Origin: Octopus vulgaris
Taxonomy: Eukaryota
DNA length: 64,000 nucleotides
Direction: 5' to 3'
Assembly (NCBI GenBank): GCA_951406725.2
Contig: OX597817.1
Span: 20,646,001-20,710,000, forward strand
This document shows positions 1 through 15,033 of this stretch, one piece after another; the stretch's first letter is position 1, and every line of letters begins with the position of its first letter. The notes beneath the pieces are model-generated. The model searched no databases, was not told the origin of the DNA, and saw only the letters and a program-made list of their open reading frames with translations. Position numbers and translations under genes: made by a program.

Positions 1-232
1 AGAAGTCACCTCGTTAATACTAGCGGGCATTTGTTTTTTTGTATATCTTCCTCATCGTCAAATATTAGATTGCTATTACAACTGATGTCATCAATATCGT
101 TATCGTCATCTTCTTCTTCCCCATCACCTTCGATGTCGTCTTCTTACTCTCTTCTTACTCGCTTCAACATCACCACCACAGACGCCACCACTAACGCAAA
201 AACAATCGCCACAGTCGCCACCTCTCCCACTA

Positions 233-900
<668 letters not shown>

Positions 901-904
901 TTCG

Positions 905-1047
905 TCTGTTTTTACGTTCTTAGTTCAAATTCCGCCTAAGTCAACTTTGCTTTTCATCCTTTCGTGATCGTTAAATTAAGTACTATTGAACATCTGGGGG
1001 CTATGAAATCTACTAGTACCCTCTCATAGCCTTGTGCCTATAATAGA
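905..1047 (+). mobile_element. Degenerate tRNA-derived SINE (family A)
   Basis: B-box-like GTTCAAATTCC followed by GTCAACTTTGCTTTTCATCCTTTCG..AAGTAC and tail CTTGTGCCTATAATAGAAAGGATTA; aligns by eye with 60810-61010. Confidence 0.7.
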
Positions 1048-1049
1048 AA

Positions 1050-1079
1050 GGATTATAATTATTATTAATATTATTATCA

Positions 1080-1114
<35 letters not shown>

Positions 1115-1174
1115 ATTATTATTATTATTATTAGTAGTATTAGTAGTAGTAGTAGTAGTAGCAGCAGCAGTAGC

Positions 1175-1235
<61 letters not shown>

Positions 1236-1260
1236 ATAGCAGCAGCAGCAGTCGTAGTAG
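1050..1260. repeat. (TAT)n-(TAG)n-(CAG)n microsatellite
   Basis: Direct. Confidence 0.95.
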
Positions 1261-1564
1261 AATACAAATTTACTCTGCAATAGTCCTTTCTGAAATAGTT
1301 TTGGGATATGGGGCTTGTCGATATCTTCGACACCACCGCTTAACTCTTACGTATTTCATCATCTGCAAAAGTATGGAGAGCAAAGTCGCCATTCTGTATA
1401 TGAAAGTAGGCATATGATTCTTGCCTCGCACACACAGGAATTGAAATCGAATACTTACGTTCGTTTCTCTGAGATCATACCATTAATATTTTCCTCACCA
1501 GACAATAATAAAATGGTGAATGTGACGATGATAATGGTGATGGTGTTAACTATGATTGCAAGAG

Positions 1565-1624
1565 AATAATAATAATAATAATGATACTGATAAAAGCAAC
1601 AATAACAACGACATCAATAACAAC

Positions 1625-1718
<94 letters not shown>

Positions 1719-1732
1719 GCAACAACAACGTC
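1565..1732. repeat. (AAT)n microsatellite
   Basis: Direct. Confidence 0.95.
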
Positions 1733-2393
1733 AGCAGCGCCAATAAATTATATATACTAACGAGAGGAAATTAGGATTGCAGAAATATAATAAAAGTATG
1801 AATATCGAATAAAGTATATAGAACAAATTGATGAAATATTACAAAAAAAAATTCAACATACATGAAAGAAAAACAGAAGTAATGTCCTGTGATAAAGTAT
1901 GAAAAAAATAGGCTTTATATAAAACTTTTCCTAACACAAGCTGTGCTCAACGGAGCGTAGTGAGCAGGGACTGTTTAGCACTACAAGAGGGAATACGCAT
2001 GGCTTTGACAAAACAGGAAGCAATCGTTTGCTACCCTAGCTGGTAATATCCGGTAAGCGGTGTGTTACAACTGTTTGGAAACAAATCCAACAAGGAAATG
2101 AATAAAGATATCATTAGTTAGTCGGTAAATATTGAATTCATGTTGCGCCACGTCACGCTTTAAGGCTTTTTCGCTAAAACTGGAAAGCGATGAGGTAGTG
2201 AGGTGGATTGTGTTCTGTTCTCATACATAGGTTGTTGGTTTGGGTTGGTTCCGCTACTATAGGAATTTGGGTCGTAAAACTATTTATTAAGACATACGTA
2301 CGCTCATGATTATATGAGAATATTCATACATACACAGACCAACGTATTATATTGCATATGTGTGTAATCTGGGTGTGTATGCGTGTGTGAGTC

Positions 2394-2424
<31 letters not shown>

Positions 2425-2647
2425 GGAAACACAGAGGCACATATATACTAATATATTAAATTTGTATATCATAATGCTAAATGTATACTTATATAATACG
2501 TACACAAAAAAAATGTACGTTATGTATACAACGGACAGCAGATACACTCTGAGCAAGTACATACACAAATTCACAATCCAATATAAGTATATATATATAT
2601 GCATATACATATATATACATATACATACATATATACATACAAATATG

Positions 2648-2718
<71 letters not shown>

Positions 2719-3068
2719 AAGAAATAATGTGCTTATGTGGGTTGTGATTGTGTTAGTCATTATTTCTTTATTACCGAAACACTTTTGTAAACTATTTGAC
2801 TTTTATTAACAGGCTGGACCAAACTTAGAATATTTGTTTGGTTCGGATAATACAACTGGGAGCTTTTATATTAATGTACCGTTTTGCTGTATTTCATGTC
2901 TGTGCACTTCCATGCAAGCTTTCAAGTCTCTCTTTCTAAATGTGTGCATGTTTGTGTTTATGTGTGTGCCTTGTGTGTGCATAATATTTTATGTACACAC
3001 ACGCACAAACACACGTGTGTGTACCCACGTGTGTATGTACATATATATAACTCATATTTATATATATG

Positions 3069-3113
<45 letters not shown>

Positions 3114-3696
3114 ACACACGCATATGCATGTAAGTATGAAGATGTGTAGTTGTGTGTACATATGTGTATGTGTATACATACAAACGTATTTTTATACGTA
3201 CATGCGCACTCATTTAGAGAGCAAAATTGGAACAACTCGATGCGTTTTCGAACTCATGGGGAAGCAGTAACATCTGGCTGAACATGCGTCAGTATTTCCT
3301 ATTCTGTATTCATATACATCGTATCTTAATCTCTTTAGCAGTTTCGTTTCCCTGTTTGGCGATATTTCCTGCACGGCTTGATTTTACAAAATTTATTTCA
3401 CAGTAGACCTACCTCAGTATTTTGCCCTTAGCATTACTATTACATTAACTTCGATTGATACTTTATACTTAAAATTACCAAGTAAATATGGTGATATGCG
3501 ACAGAAAGAATCATAGTAAAAAGAACGAAACGAATTACATTACAATTTCGAAAAATCTTACGAAGTGTGTTTTAATATTATGAACTTTAAATATACACTT
3601 CGGAATTTGTATATTTTTCGTATAAGCTTCCTTACAACACGTTCGAGTAAATATGAGATATTGTTACCCCCAAAACTTTCATCGATTCATTAATGA

Positions 3697-3919
3697 TACG
3701 ACGTGGTACTGGACACTTACTGACTTTGGGTAAAAAGATAAATAGAAGAGGATTACTTAATTATGACTTTATTCAACATATTTCCCTCTGAGATTCATAG
3801 ACTTATTGCAATTATCCTTCAGTTTATCAAAGCCCGGTAAAAGAACTCGCAAGGTTTGGACACTAAACCAACCTTTCGCGATACCCTAAAAACCAGGAAC
3901 TTTTCGGCACACCCTTGTA
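3697..3919. mobile_element. Mariner-type MITE (~220 bp)
   Basis: Degenerate TIRs TACGACGTGGTACTGGACACTTACTGACTTT vs reverse complement of right end TACAAGGGTGTGCCGAAAAGTTCCTGGTTTT, TA-flanked; no ORF. Confidence 0.6.
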
Positions 3920-4309
3920 TATCTCATTTACTTTCAATATAGTCTATATTTCAGAATATACAGAGTGGCAATTATATATATCAGTGAATGTTTAATCACA
4001 AACATATATGCATGGTTATATACTCACTGTAAGTTGTTTATTCTTCAATTTTTGGAACAATGGGAGAATAATTGAATTCCAGTTCAAACTGTAATTCAGA
4101 ATAACCTTCAATACAAATAGTTAACAGACTATTGATTTTTCAAACTATTGTTTAATAATAGCAACTTATTGATACAAATAAATTAGAAGGCCAGCGGAGG
4201 AATGAAAATATCAAGCAAAATTATAAATGTGAATAAAAGGAACATTCAGAAAAAAAGAAATAATAATACTAAAAATGCCTTGTCCCTTTATAATAATAGT
4301 GGTTAGATA

Positions 4310-4810
4310 TTTTGGCACAGTGCCAGCAATAGCGGGGAAGGAGGTAATCAGTTAAAAGAAATCCATTACTCAACTGGTACTGCTTTTGTAGACATAGAAA
4401 TGATAGAAGGCTAAATCCACCTTGGCAGAATTTTAATTGAGAACGTAATGATATTAAGAGTTATGGCCGATCTACTCATGGTTTTTGCCAGCTTGCCATC
4501 TTCTAATATATACTTCATTTTACTATTTGTACAAGTCCTCAAATTTTAGGAAAGGAGGATAGTGAATTAATTTGACCTGTTCATAAATATTTCGACCCGA
4601 AAAGATAAAAGGCACAGTCGATTTCAGCGAAATTTGAATTAATATAGTAAAGGAGGCAGAGATTTCGTCAAGTATTTTGCTCGGTGTGCTAAAGATTCTC
4701 CCATCTCGTCGCCTTAATATTACTTTCTACATATCAAGTCTTGAAGTGTTTGCTGAAGTGTTGTTGATACTTAGTTCATAGAACCCGAAAGAATGACTGG
4801 TAAATTTGCA
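4310..4810 (-). mobile_element. Two to three tandem old SINE family A copies
   Basis: Reverse-complement matches to family A core (TTCGACCCGAAAAGATAAAAGGCACAGTCGATTTCAGCGAAATTTGAA) and head (CTCGTCGCCTTAAT). Confidence 0.6.
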
Positions 4811-5023
4811 TTCAATATCATTACTTAATTTCGTGTAGGAATATGTGTAGCTCATAGAGATAAAATACATTTCGAAATCAATTCTACGCTCATTAAGTGC
4901 AGGTATTTATGCATGCTATATCTAGACAAGAGAAAAAGGAAATACGTGCTATAAATATAAGAAAAATTACATTCACCACATACACACGCATAAGTACACA
5001 AATACACACACACACACACACAC

Positions 5024-5075
<52 letters not shown>

Positions 5076-5938
5076 ATTTTTGTTGACCATATTGAATAAA
5101 AACCAGGCATTTCTTAGTAGAAGCAGTCATTTAGAACATGTTATTTATTCTGCATTATACACAACTGTTAAGGTCCTAATTATCTCACAATTTGTTAGCA
5201 TGATGTGTTAAATAACAACTCACTAGACGATTAAATTTTACCTCGGGTTTAATTGCTTTACTCTCAGAGTCTATGGCAATATGTATAATGAACAACAGTA
5301 CAGTGCATTATCTTTCTTTATTATATATAAGGACTTGATTAGATTGTATGATGATAATTCATACTCCATTTTACTCTTATCCTCACCAAAAAATCTAACC
5401 TGTCTTACCACTTTTATTAATTATATGATTCTTTCTAAATACATGCATTTTCCTTATTGTAAAATGCACCGATACTCCTAAACCGACGTTCGTACATATA
5501 TTTGAAAATTGTTATTCCTGTATTAATTTTGATATCGTCATGCTTTCTTGATAAGAAGTGTAATGCTTAGTACCGATGCTTAGAGATATAATGACAAGAA
5601 TATTTGTAGAAATTGTACGGCTGATTGATTGAGGCCATTGTGATATTTATATCGGAGAATATATATATGTATGTGCTTACCGATAAGGTTGTTGCGGGAA
5701 TTCGATAAATAAGGTGTCATAAGAAGTTATGAGGAATCTCGTCTTAACGAGAATTTTATGAGTTACTTCGAAATGGTCCTAGAACATTTGGGTGGCTTAA
5801 AAGCAAAGTGGGTAATAAATACTAGAATTATGTATTTATCGAAACAAGCATGAGTGTAGTACTGAAAATGAAATCACACCTACATGCATACATATGTAAA
5901 TATATACATATATAAACATAGTGCATATATACACATAA

Positions 5939-5985
<47 letters not shown>

Positions 5986-6477
5986 CACAAACACGTTTCA
6001 GCGTGTTTGTAAGTATGTGTTTAAGTATATATACAGGGTTCGAGTGAATCGATGGATTTAGAAGGCTAATGTTAGAGAATGTACTCAGTATATTCTCACA
6101 ACATTATATTTAAGTGAATATAAACCTATGGGAAGCGTAGACCTTCTGATGAAATAAAATCGTATATGCGTGTTTGTGGGCGTGTGTGAAGATGTGTGTG
6201 AATTTATGGACATCTTTGTGCATGTACAGGACAACAATTGTTGAACGTCTAAGAATTTATCGTTATTGGTCACGAATTCGATCCCAAAGTGTAGCAACGT
6301 GGATATGTGAAGCTTTTTATAGCATCGAATCCATCTGAATTATTTGTGAGAGTGGGAAAAGAGTTGCAAGGATTTATGATAATAATAGAATTAGTATTAG
6401 TATTAGTAGTATTAGTAGTAGTAGTAGTAGTAATAATATTGGCAGCAGCAGTAATAGTGGCAGTAATAGTGGTTGTG

Positions 6478-6572
<95 letters not shown>

Positions 6573-7182
6573 GGTGGTGATGGTGGCGGTGGTGGTGGAG
6601 GTGTTGGTGTTAGTAGTAGTAGCAGTCGTTGTTACTGTTGTGCGTGGCGGTGAGGGTGTTGTAGAAGTGTCAGGCACATAATTTGAATTTAAGACAAAAT
6701 AGGATATCAATTTGGAGACAATTGATCAAATCAGCTATGTAATTAAATATAGATTTTTTTTCTTTAATTAGAAAACTTAAAAAGAACAAATTTTGCAAAA
6801 CATTTGAAATCAACAAATGCTTAGATAATTCGTAAGGGTAGCAGGAAGGAGAATGTAGCGAAATATTCCGGTGAAATATTACGAAATATGGAATATGGTA
6901 AAGAACATTTTGAGCAAATGCTTCTGCATCGTAGAATGTATTGTTATAACTTACTTGTCGAGATTCAGGTCATTAGGCTATTATCCTGACATCTAAATAG
7001 GAAAGGACTGAACTAAATCTATCCTACTAGCGTAGTGTTAGGTTGGGACATGCAATGCAAGCTCTAATTTCAAATATTGAATTGCATATAGTTTAGCTGC
7101 TGTGATATTACATTTAGAGACCCACATTTTATGATCATCTACTTAAACTGCACGTACACACACACGCACACACACACACACC

Positions 7183-7225
<43 letters not shown>

Positions 7226-7268
7226 ACATGTGTATATATGTGAGCGTATATATATATATATCTGTTAA

Positions 7269-7476
7269 TGTAATATGTGACAATTATTACAATTATTCGG
7301 TAGCCATGATAAAACTCCGAGTTTCGGATGTCGGCGTATTACCACACTGACATCCTAAACTCGGAGTTTTGTCATGGCTATCAAACAATTGTCACATATT
7401 ACACTTACAAATAAATTCCTCTATTTACATAATGTCGAGGTCTCTTTCCTTCTTTACTGCCTTACCATTTCTATCA

Positions 7477-7477
<1 letters not shown>
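7269..7477 (+). mobile_element. Short fold-back repeat, probable Penelope-type 3' end with inverted duplication
   Basis: Arms 7269-7334 and 7347-7403 are near reverse complements; carry CCGAAACTCGGAGTT (hammerhead-like 3' half); embedded in (TA)n. Confidence 0.55.
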
Positions 7478-7519
<42 letters not shown>

Positions 7520-7522
<3 letters not shown>

Positions 7523-8394
7523 GGTGCGATGGGTAAATTGTTGCCATTATATATCGTTCTTTTCCTGCATGCGCATTGTGTGTCTTCGATTTTGTCGAAA
7601 ACACAGTATAGTAGGGTCGGTTGGGCACCGTCTATGACTAAAAGAGTAGCATTAAACAATTCAATCTTCCAGAATTTTGGAAACGACATGTTTTAATACA
7701 TAGCATTCGCATCGGAAGTCCATGACAAACATTTCAGTGCTTGGGTGTCAATCTGAGAACATTGAAATCTGAGTACTTGCACCGAGAGTGATAAAAATCA
7801 AGAATTCAATCAGCATCATGTTGTTTGGGGTGATCACTACTAATGGCGAAATTATGACTCCATTCATCCTCCCACATGGCCTCAGACTCAAGAGGGAGGC
7901 ATACATCAAGTGCCTGGAGTTGGTAGTCTTGCCCTGGATAAAGAGGGTGACTGTTGGAAGATCCTATGTCTGGCGATAATACTGTGCACCATGCAACACA
8001 AGCAGGAGAAGCCAAACATGACTGTCTGTTAACATCAATAAACAAAGAAAGCATCTACAGGGAAATGCCTGGCCACCGAACTCCCCAGATTGCAACCCCT
8101 TTGATTATCATGTGTGGGTAGCAGTTAAGCGAGAGACACACAAAACTGCTTGTAACAGCAAAGATGAACTTAAGGCAAGTATTATAGCAGCGTTCACCAG
8201 CTTAAACAAGAGATTCAGAAGATGCCAAAGTCGTCTGGCGGCTGTGGTTGCTGCCAATGGCGATTTTATTGAATAAATATATAAATTAGGGTTTCAGGAT
8301 ATTTTTATGTAATTTGTGGAAATAAATCTGCTAAAATGAGATGTCAGTGTTAGTTTAATACTTACGTAGGTGGCAGTTTATTCATCGCACTCTG
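7520..8394 (+). mobile_element. Internally deleted Tc1/mariner-superfamily DNA transposon (maT/DD37D-like)
   Basis: TIRs CACGGTGCGATGGGTAAATTG and reverse complement CAGAGTGCGATGAATAAACTG; broken transposase C-terminus MLFGVITTNGEIMTPF..VLPWIK..WPPNSPDCNPFDYHVW..AVVAANGDFIE*. Confidence 0.85.
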
Positions 8395-8395
8395 C

Positions 8396-8472
<77 letters not shown>

Positions 8473-9232
8473 TGAAAGGAAACACACACTCACGTACGTA
8501 CATACACATATGTCTGCATATGTGTGTATGTATTCTTGTATGTACACTGTTACAAAATTAATTACTTCCAAGATATGTACAGAAAACTTACTCTATTGAC
8601 ATTGAGGTTAATCTGGAATTATATATGACATGGTAAGTTTAAGTGTGGATATTAGGTTTAATGGTTCGGGTCAGATTTTGAAAGTATATTATTCAAGAAT
8701 TATTTACGTAAGTCCTATTAGGATAGAATAACTAATTATTTATGATTTTTGTATAGGTTTCTGCAATGCAATGCATGCAAGATAAATGTTATTAATGTAA
8801 ATTGATATACAAAAGTGTAATGTTATCAAAAAAGGATTTAGAAATATGAAAGATGTGATGCAAATTTACCGAAAATATACATATAAGGAATTATGATGAA
8901 CTATGTAATAATATTTCGCCTTGGGATTTGGTTTTCAAATTCTTTATGTAAATGTGTGTGTTCGAGCATATTTTTTTGTGTCAGGGGAGAGTCAATGTCT
9001 TTCATTGCTTTATTATTTAACACACGCTGCGGATTAGTTTTCTACACATTTATTTCTTTATTTTCCCTAAAATTTTCGTTGCGTCTCACAAACTTTTCAA
9101 TAGTCGTTGACTCCGTCCGTTCCCTGAGCTGCATTCTTTTTGTTTGTTTGTGCGCATGTATATGTGTCAGAGCGTGCGCATACACATATGTATGCATGTA
9201 TGCCCATATATATATATGAATGTATGCATGTA

Positions 9233-9273
<41 letters not shown>

Positions 9274-9591
9274 GCATATATATATTATGCATGTGTGTAC
9301 GTTTATATGCATGTATTCTTCATTTGAATGTGTGTATGTGTGTGTATGCATCTCTGTTTCCTTGTAACTATGTACGTGCATCTGCTATGTATGGATGTGT
9401 GTCTCCATACGTGCATTGTGTGAATTATGCGTAATGCCATGTGTTTCACTCTTCATTTGTGTATGCATGTGTGTATGTGTGCTTGTCTGTTCATATTACC
9501 TACGTACCTATCTATCTCTGAGTCTCTTTGTTTACATTCGTATTCATTTAACTACATATATATGCATATACACATATATACATATGTATAT

Positions 9592-9797
9592 GTGTGACCG
9601 CGTGTGTATCGTTGGCGATTTTCTTTCTCCGTCTTCCCTCCCTTGGACTTTTCCTTTTTTACAAATTTCTGACGAAGAGCTCCCATCGAAACGTTAAATC
9701 CTCCGTCTTTCTTTCTTTTCCTGAAAGTCCAATAACTCTATACTTGTTCCACGTCCTCGCGTTGTTGTGTTTTCTCCTTGTTCATGTTTATATTAGC
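9592..9797 (+). mobile_element. Short Penelope-type terminal repeat with hammerhead-like motif
   Basis: Homologous to 13751-13946 and 22199-22404 (opposite strand); ATTT-CTGACGA-A-GAGC..TC-GAAAC-GT-T-AAAT at 9665-9699; ends in (TA)n. Confidence 0.75.
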
Positions 9798-9925
<128 letters not shown>

Positions 9926-9959
9926 GCACACACACACGCACACACTCCCACAGACATAC

Positions 9960-10520
9960 ATAAGTTGGTATCTTGGTAGAGTATGGAGGACTGTTTTTGT
10001 CGTCATATTGTCTCGAAAGTTGATTTAGTCTTTCCGCAATGCTCTTAGATGTCTCACCTATGTATATCATGTTAATGTCTTTACAAGCAACCTCTTTGCA
10101 CTTTAGGCTGTAGACACCATTTCTAGTTCTACAGAGAAGGCCAATATTAATCCTACATACGATGCATTTATCATTGGTGCATTTTGTATTCTTAAAGGAG
10201 TACGTCCTACATAGGTGTGATACGATACTGAACTTTGGTTAGAAACTGGGAACAACAAAGTGCAGCTCCTCCACTCCTATTACAGGAAACTCAAAGCTTC
10301 GAAACACGTCATTCACATGAATTCAGACTGAGTGCTAACAAATATAAAACCTCAATACTAGGCAGATTCCACTAAGTTGACACAGACTTATGTGAAAACA
10401 TATGTACATCATATTCTAGGTCTGCTCAATCTGCCTTTGTACAGACGTAGCATAGAATATAAAAATATTTCTAAGACCTGTCACGTAACTATCCTTTATC
10501 AGTCAAGTCCTACCCAAAAT
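9960..10520 (-). mobile_element. Old Penelope-like element fragment (GIY-YIG endonuclease)
   Basis: Minus strand translates [34 protein letters not shown] (GVY..YIGET..R motif) at about 10020-10121; upstream extent uncertain. Confidence 0.7.
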
Positions 10521-11372
10521 ATAATATTTTGTGCCATATATTCCCCATCAGAAAATAAGAATAAAGGACAAGCTTAAAACACTAATCAGAAGCAAACCAG
10601 TTGCGGCAGAACCCACTTCTTTCGATCTCAAATTTTGAAAATCAGTGTAAAGTGTCAAACTGGTCGAAACTTTAAATATAATAGGAAAATTTCAACTCTT
10701 CTCCATGCATTTTCAACTTATACTTTTCTATATTTCTACTCTTGTGGAATAAAATATTACTGTTAAAAAATATTTTTGTAATAAAAATCTACTTCGTTCG
10801 GTGAGAAAGCGTTTAAATCTATTACCTACGGCGAAGGCTATTTTATTATAAAACATTTACCAAAACAGACACAATGAATTATGACTTATGACTGAGCAAT
10901 AATTACTTCAGACATCCGAAATTATACAGCATATACGTATGTACAATAGTAATATTTTAAGAAAATACACGGTAGATATGTTTTACCATAGGAAATAAAT
11001 GCAGTGTCTGTATATTATATAAATTTTTTATACATCGAAATATGTTTCAATTTAACAGCAGCATATATAATTGAAAATAATCATATTTATGTATTCGTTG
11101 ATGTTTCATTCATTATTGATAGCAGATACCATTTCGTGCTTTGCACAACTGTTATAAAATAGATTTGCAACACATCCACTCTCACATGTCTATACTCAAA
11201 CCATGAAAACGCTTCGTATGCTATTGCATTAAATGATAACATTTCAGGTTAATTCTTTCAAAACGGTGGCATTATTGTCGGTACTGCTAAGTTAGTTATT
11301 ATACTGTTTATGCACACATTTCAAGAATGGATATGTCACCATTCACAAGTATGTATGCATGTATTTATGTAC

Positions 11373-11417
<45 letters not shown>

Positions 11418-11502
11418 TATATATATCTATATATATATGCATATATATATATATGTATATATATGTATATGTATGTATATATATATATATATATATATAT
11501 AA

Positions 11503-11831
11503 AGGGTAAAGACCCCCTTCGGTCATGAATGACCATGGGATTGCACCTAGAAATTTACCCTCCTAGACACAAGTCCGGGCATGGTTGTTTATGGAAGACC
11601 AGCAGTCGCCCTCCCCTCTCCACGCCCCCAGTGTTATCCAAGGGAAAGACAAAGGTCGATACAAATTGGCACCAGTGGCGTCGCAACTCATTTCTACAGC
11701 TGAGTGAACTGGAGCAACGTGAAATAAAGTGCCTTGCTCAAGAACACAGCACGCAGCCCGGTCCGGGATTCGAGCTCACAACCTCACGATCGTAAGTTCG
11801 ACGCTCTAACCACTGAGCCATGCGTCTTCAC
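11503..11831 (-). mobile_element. tRNA-derived CORE-type SINE (family B), near full length
   Basis: Head GTGAAGACGCATGGCTCAGTGGTTAGAGCG (A box)..GAGCTCGAATCCCG (B box), then CORE-like GTGTTCTTGAGCAAGGCACTTTATTTCACGTTGCTCCAGTTCACTCAGCTGTAGAAATGAG; inserted in (TA)n. Confidence 0.85.
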
Positions 11832-11848
11832 TATTTATATATATATAT

Positions 11849-11952
<104 letters not shown>

Positions 11953-12325
11953 ATAGATAGAGATACCAACTGGCATACTTGCATATGCATGTGTATTTAT
12001 ATTATACATACTCAGATAAGTGTTCTGATAAGTCAAGAATATAAGTAAATATGTATGTATGGAAATTCACATTTATCTTTCTGTTTATTGGAGAGACAAA
12101 TTTTTTGATATTATCTCTCTTTTAACATCTGTCTTAACATCTACATCATGTTTTTGTATTTATAAATGCGTGTGTCTCTGTATGAAAGTGTCCACATAGC
12201 TCTCCATTTTTCCGTCTCCCCTCCTCTCTCTCTATATATATATACATCTATATGTGTTTGTGCGTGTGTGTGCATATGCATGTGTATGTGTGCACATGGA
12301 TCCATATATAGTGATATAAATATGA

Positions 12326-12371
<46 letters not shown>

Positions 12372-12455
12372 TTGTTTGATGTATATGTAGATATACCTAC
12401 ATATATGCAAACATACACATGTATATGCATGTTTGTATATATAATAATAATAATG

Positions 12456-12510
<55 letters not shown>

Positions 12511-13228
12511 TAATAATAATTTTTTATTCTAACATGTTTTTGAATTTACGTTTAACATACAACTAAATATTGCTATGCAAAATATTTCATACAATTCACT
12601 TTACATGGGAATTTTCCATTTCGATGCCTCCAAACTTTTGTAATCTAAAGTGGTATATCAGCTTATTTGCTGGATAATATATTCTACAGTAGCAGAATGC
12701 AGTGATATACTAAATATTGTATATATCTTAATGTATATTATAAGGTGGGCAATATTGAATGCGAATAATAATAATGAGATATATTAACATGTACGCATAT
12801 GTATAACACACGATACAAATTTAGAGTAAATATTTATGAAATACAGCCGATGTTGTTCATACGCCATTTAATTTTGTTTTCAAGCTGCAAATTGTACTAA
12901 ATTAGATACTTATAAGACATAAGCTGTTTGTTTTGCAATTCAATGAGTGTTAAGATGAAATAAAACAAGTTAATCAGATTTATGTAAATGAAAATGCATA
13001 CATACTAGACACACCCCTATATAGATGGATGCATACTTATGAATAGTATACCTATCGGAGCATACGACCTCTCATTCTTTGTTTTTATAACTCTATCCCT
13101 CCTTCTTTCTTTCTTTCTTTCTTTCTTTATCTATCTATCTATCTATCTATCTGTGTATATACGTACACTGATATAACCAGGTATAAATGTAAATATGCGT
13201 ACACACACACACATACACATATATATAC

Positions 13229-13261
<33 letters not shown>

Positions 13262-13639
13262 GTATTAATAATGGTGAAGAGAACAGAATTTTTTCCACAT
13301 TTATAATCTTATTAAACATTTATTTACAGCATAGTTTCGTATATCTACGAGCGTTTCAACTGCACACATTAAAGTGCGCATTTTGGTGTCGTTGTCGACG
13401 TAACTATTTCATGGTCTATTATTTCTTCTGCTATTCGAAGTTTTGCTGAAAATATCAGGAACCTGAATGAATACCGAAGTTACGCAACTTATTATTAACT
13501 CGGGTATCACCAACAATCTGTGCAGTTAGCCAACATTTAAACCGATTCAAGAGGAAACACGTTCACCGTCAGTATTATTTATCATTTTGAAGCCAATTTT
13601 ATAAATATTACTTTCGAAATATAGATATATATGTATGCA

Positions 13640-13684
<45 letters not shown>

Positions 13685-13704
13685 GTCTCTCTGTCTCTCT
13701 CTCC

Positions 13705-13750
<46 letters not shown>

Positions 13751-13755
<5 letters not shown>

Positions 13756-13946
13756 ATCCAAACAAGAAAACACAAAAAGACACAACAACGCGAGGACGTG
13801 GAACAAATATAGTATTATTGGACGGCCAGGAAAGAAGGAGGGTTTAACGTTTCGAACGTAGCTCTTCGTCGGAAACATAGGAGAAGGAAAGATCCAGAGA
13901 AGGGAAGACATAGGGAAAAAATCGCCAACGGTACACACGAGGTCAC
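13751..13946 (-). mobile_element. Short Penelope-type terminal repeat with hammerhead-like motif
   Basis: Minus strand GTTT-CCGACGA-A-GAGC-TAC-GTTC-GAAAC-GT-T-AAAC (13842-13876); homologous to the 9592 and 22199 copies. Confidence 0.75.
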
Positions 13947-14483
13947 ATTTTTAAAAGGCTAATATATATATATATATATACATAGCTGTCCATCGACATG
14001 AAATTGATTATATGAACCCTCCTCCCAATAGGCGATACTTGCTTGTATTAAGTGTGTAAAACGTTTTCAGCTAGGAAACCTTCGCAGATTATATAGCTCC
14101 GACTTGGTTTTGAAATACTATGGGAAATGAAGAAGGCCACTAGCACAAGAGCTACAGTCTTATGAAATGCTCATTTGAGCTTAAAAGAACTAAATAACTA
14201 CGAGCACACAAACATCTTGCCGTTTACCTTCGTTCTGTGATATTTATGACTTGCCGTGTTTAGAGTAAGTTGCACTGACTTTGTCCATTGTTTGCCCTCG
14301 AAGTCTGGTAAGTCTGATGCCGTTAATGTTAAGATTAACCATTGCATATGTTATATGCTACAAAGCTTGTAGAAGCAAAAATTTTGAAGAAAGTAGAACT
14401 TCTGCAAAGGAAGGATGAAACGGGTGCAATCATCGGTGTTGTGGTAGATACAAAATTGGTAATCAGGTGAGAAGAAACCTCTC

Positions 14484-14520
<37 letters not shown>

Positions 14521-14992
14521 ATCTCCCTCTCTCTCCCTCTCCCTCTCACTTGGAACAGTGGAGAACGCGTCTGGACCGATGCATTAGTTCAAACTGAGAA
14601 TATATTTTCAAGGCGATTAAAAAGCAGAAACTTGAAAAGCTAAGTGAATAAAATAATATTGGTACATTTCGGTTTCTAACCCCTCATAGATGACGTGTAT
14701 AAATAGACTCCCTTATGTAACAACACAAATATATGCAAAGCAGAAGGGCACCGAAAAAAATAGTGATCTCTGTAATGCCTATACCTAAGAAATTAGAAGC
14801 TGAAAAGTCACCCCATTTCGCATGCGTATGTAAATATATATGTGCGTTCGTGTGTATATGTTTGTGTATGTCTATGTCAATTTACATGTGTTTGCATTCA
14901 CATATATATGTATATAATATATGCGCAGTTGTATAGATAAATGCACACACACACACACACACACGCACATATATATATATATATATACATAC

Positions 14993-15033
<41 letters not shown>

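Noticed and set aside
11755-11831. tRNA gene
   Set aside because: A and B boxes present but no convincing acceptor or anticodon stem, and it continues into a SINE core
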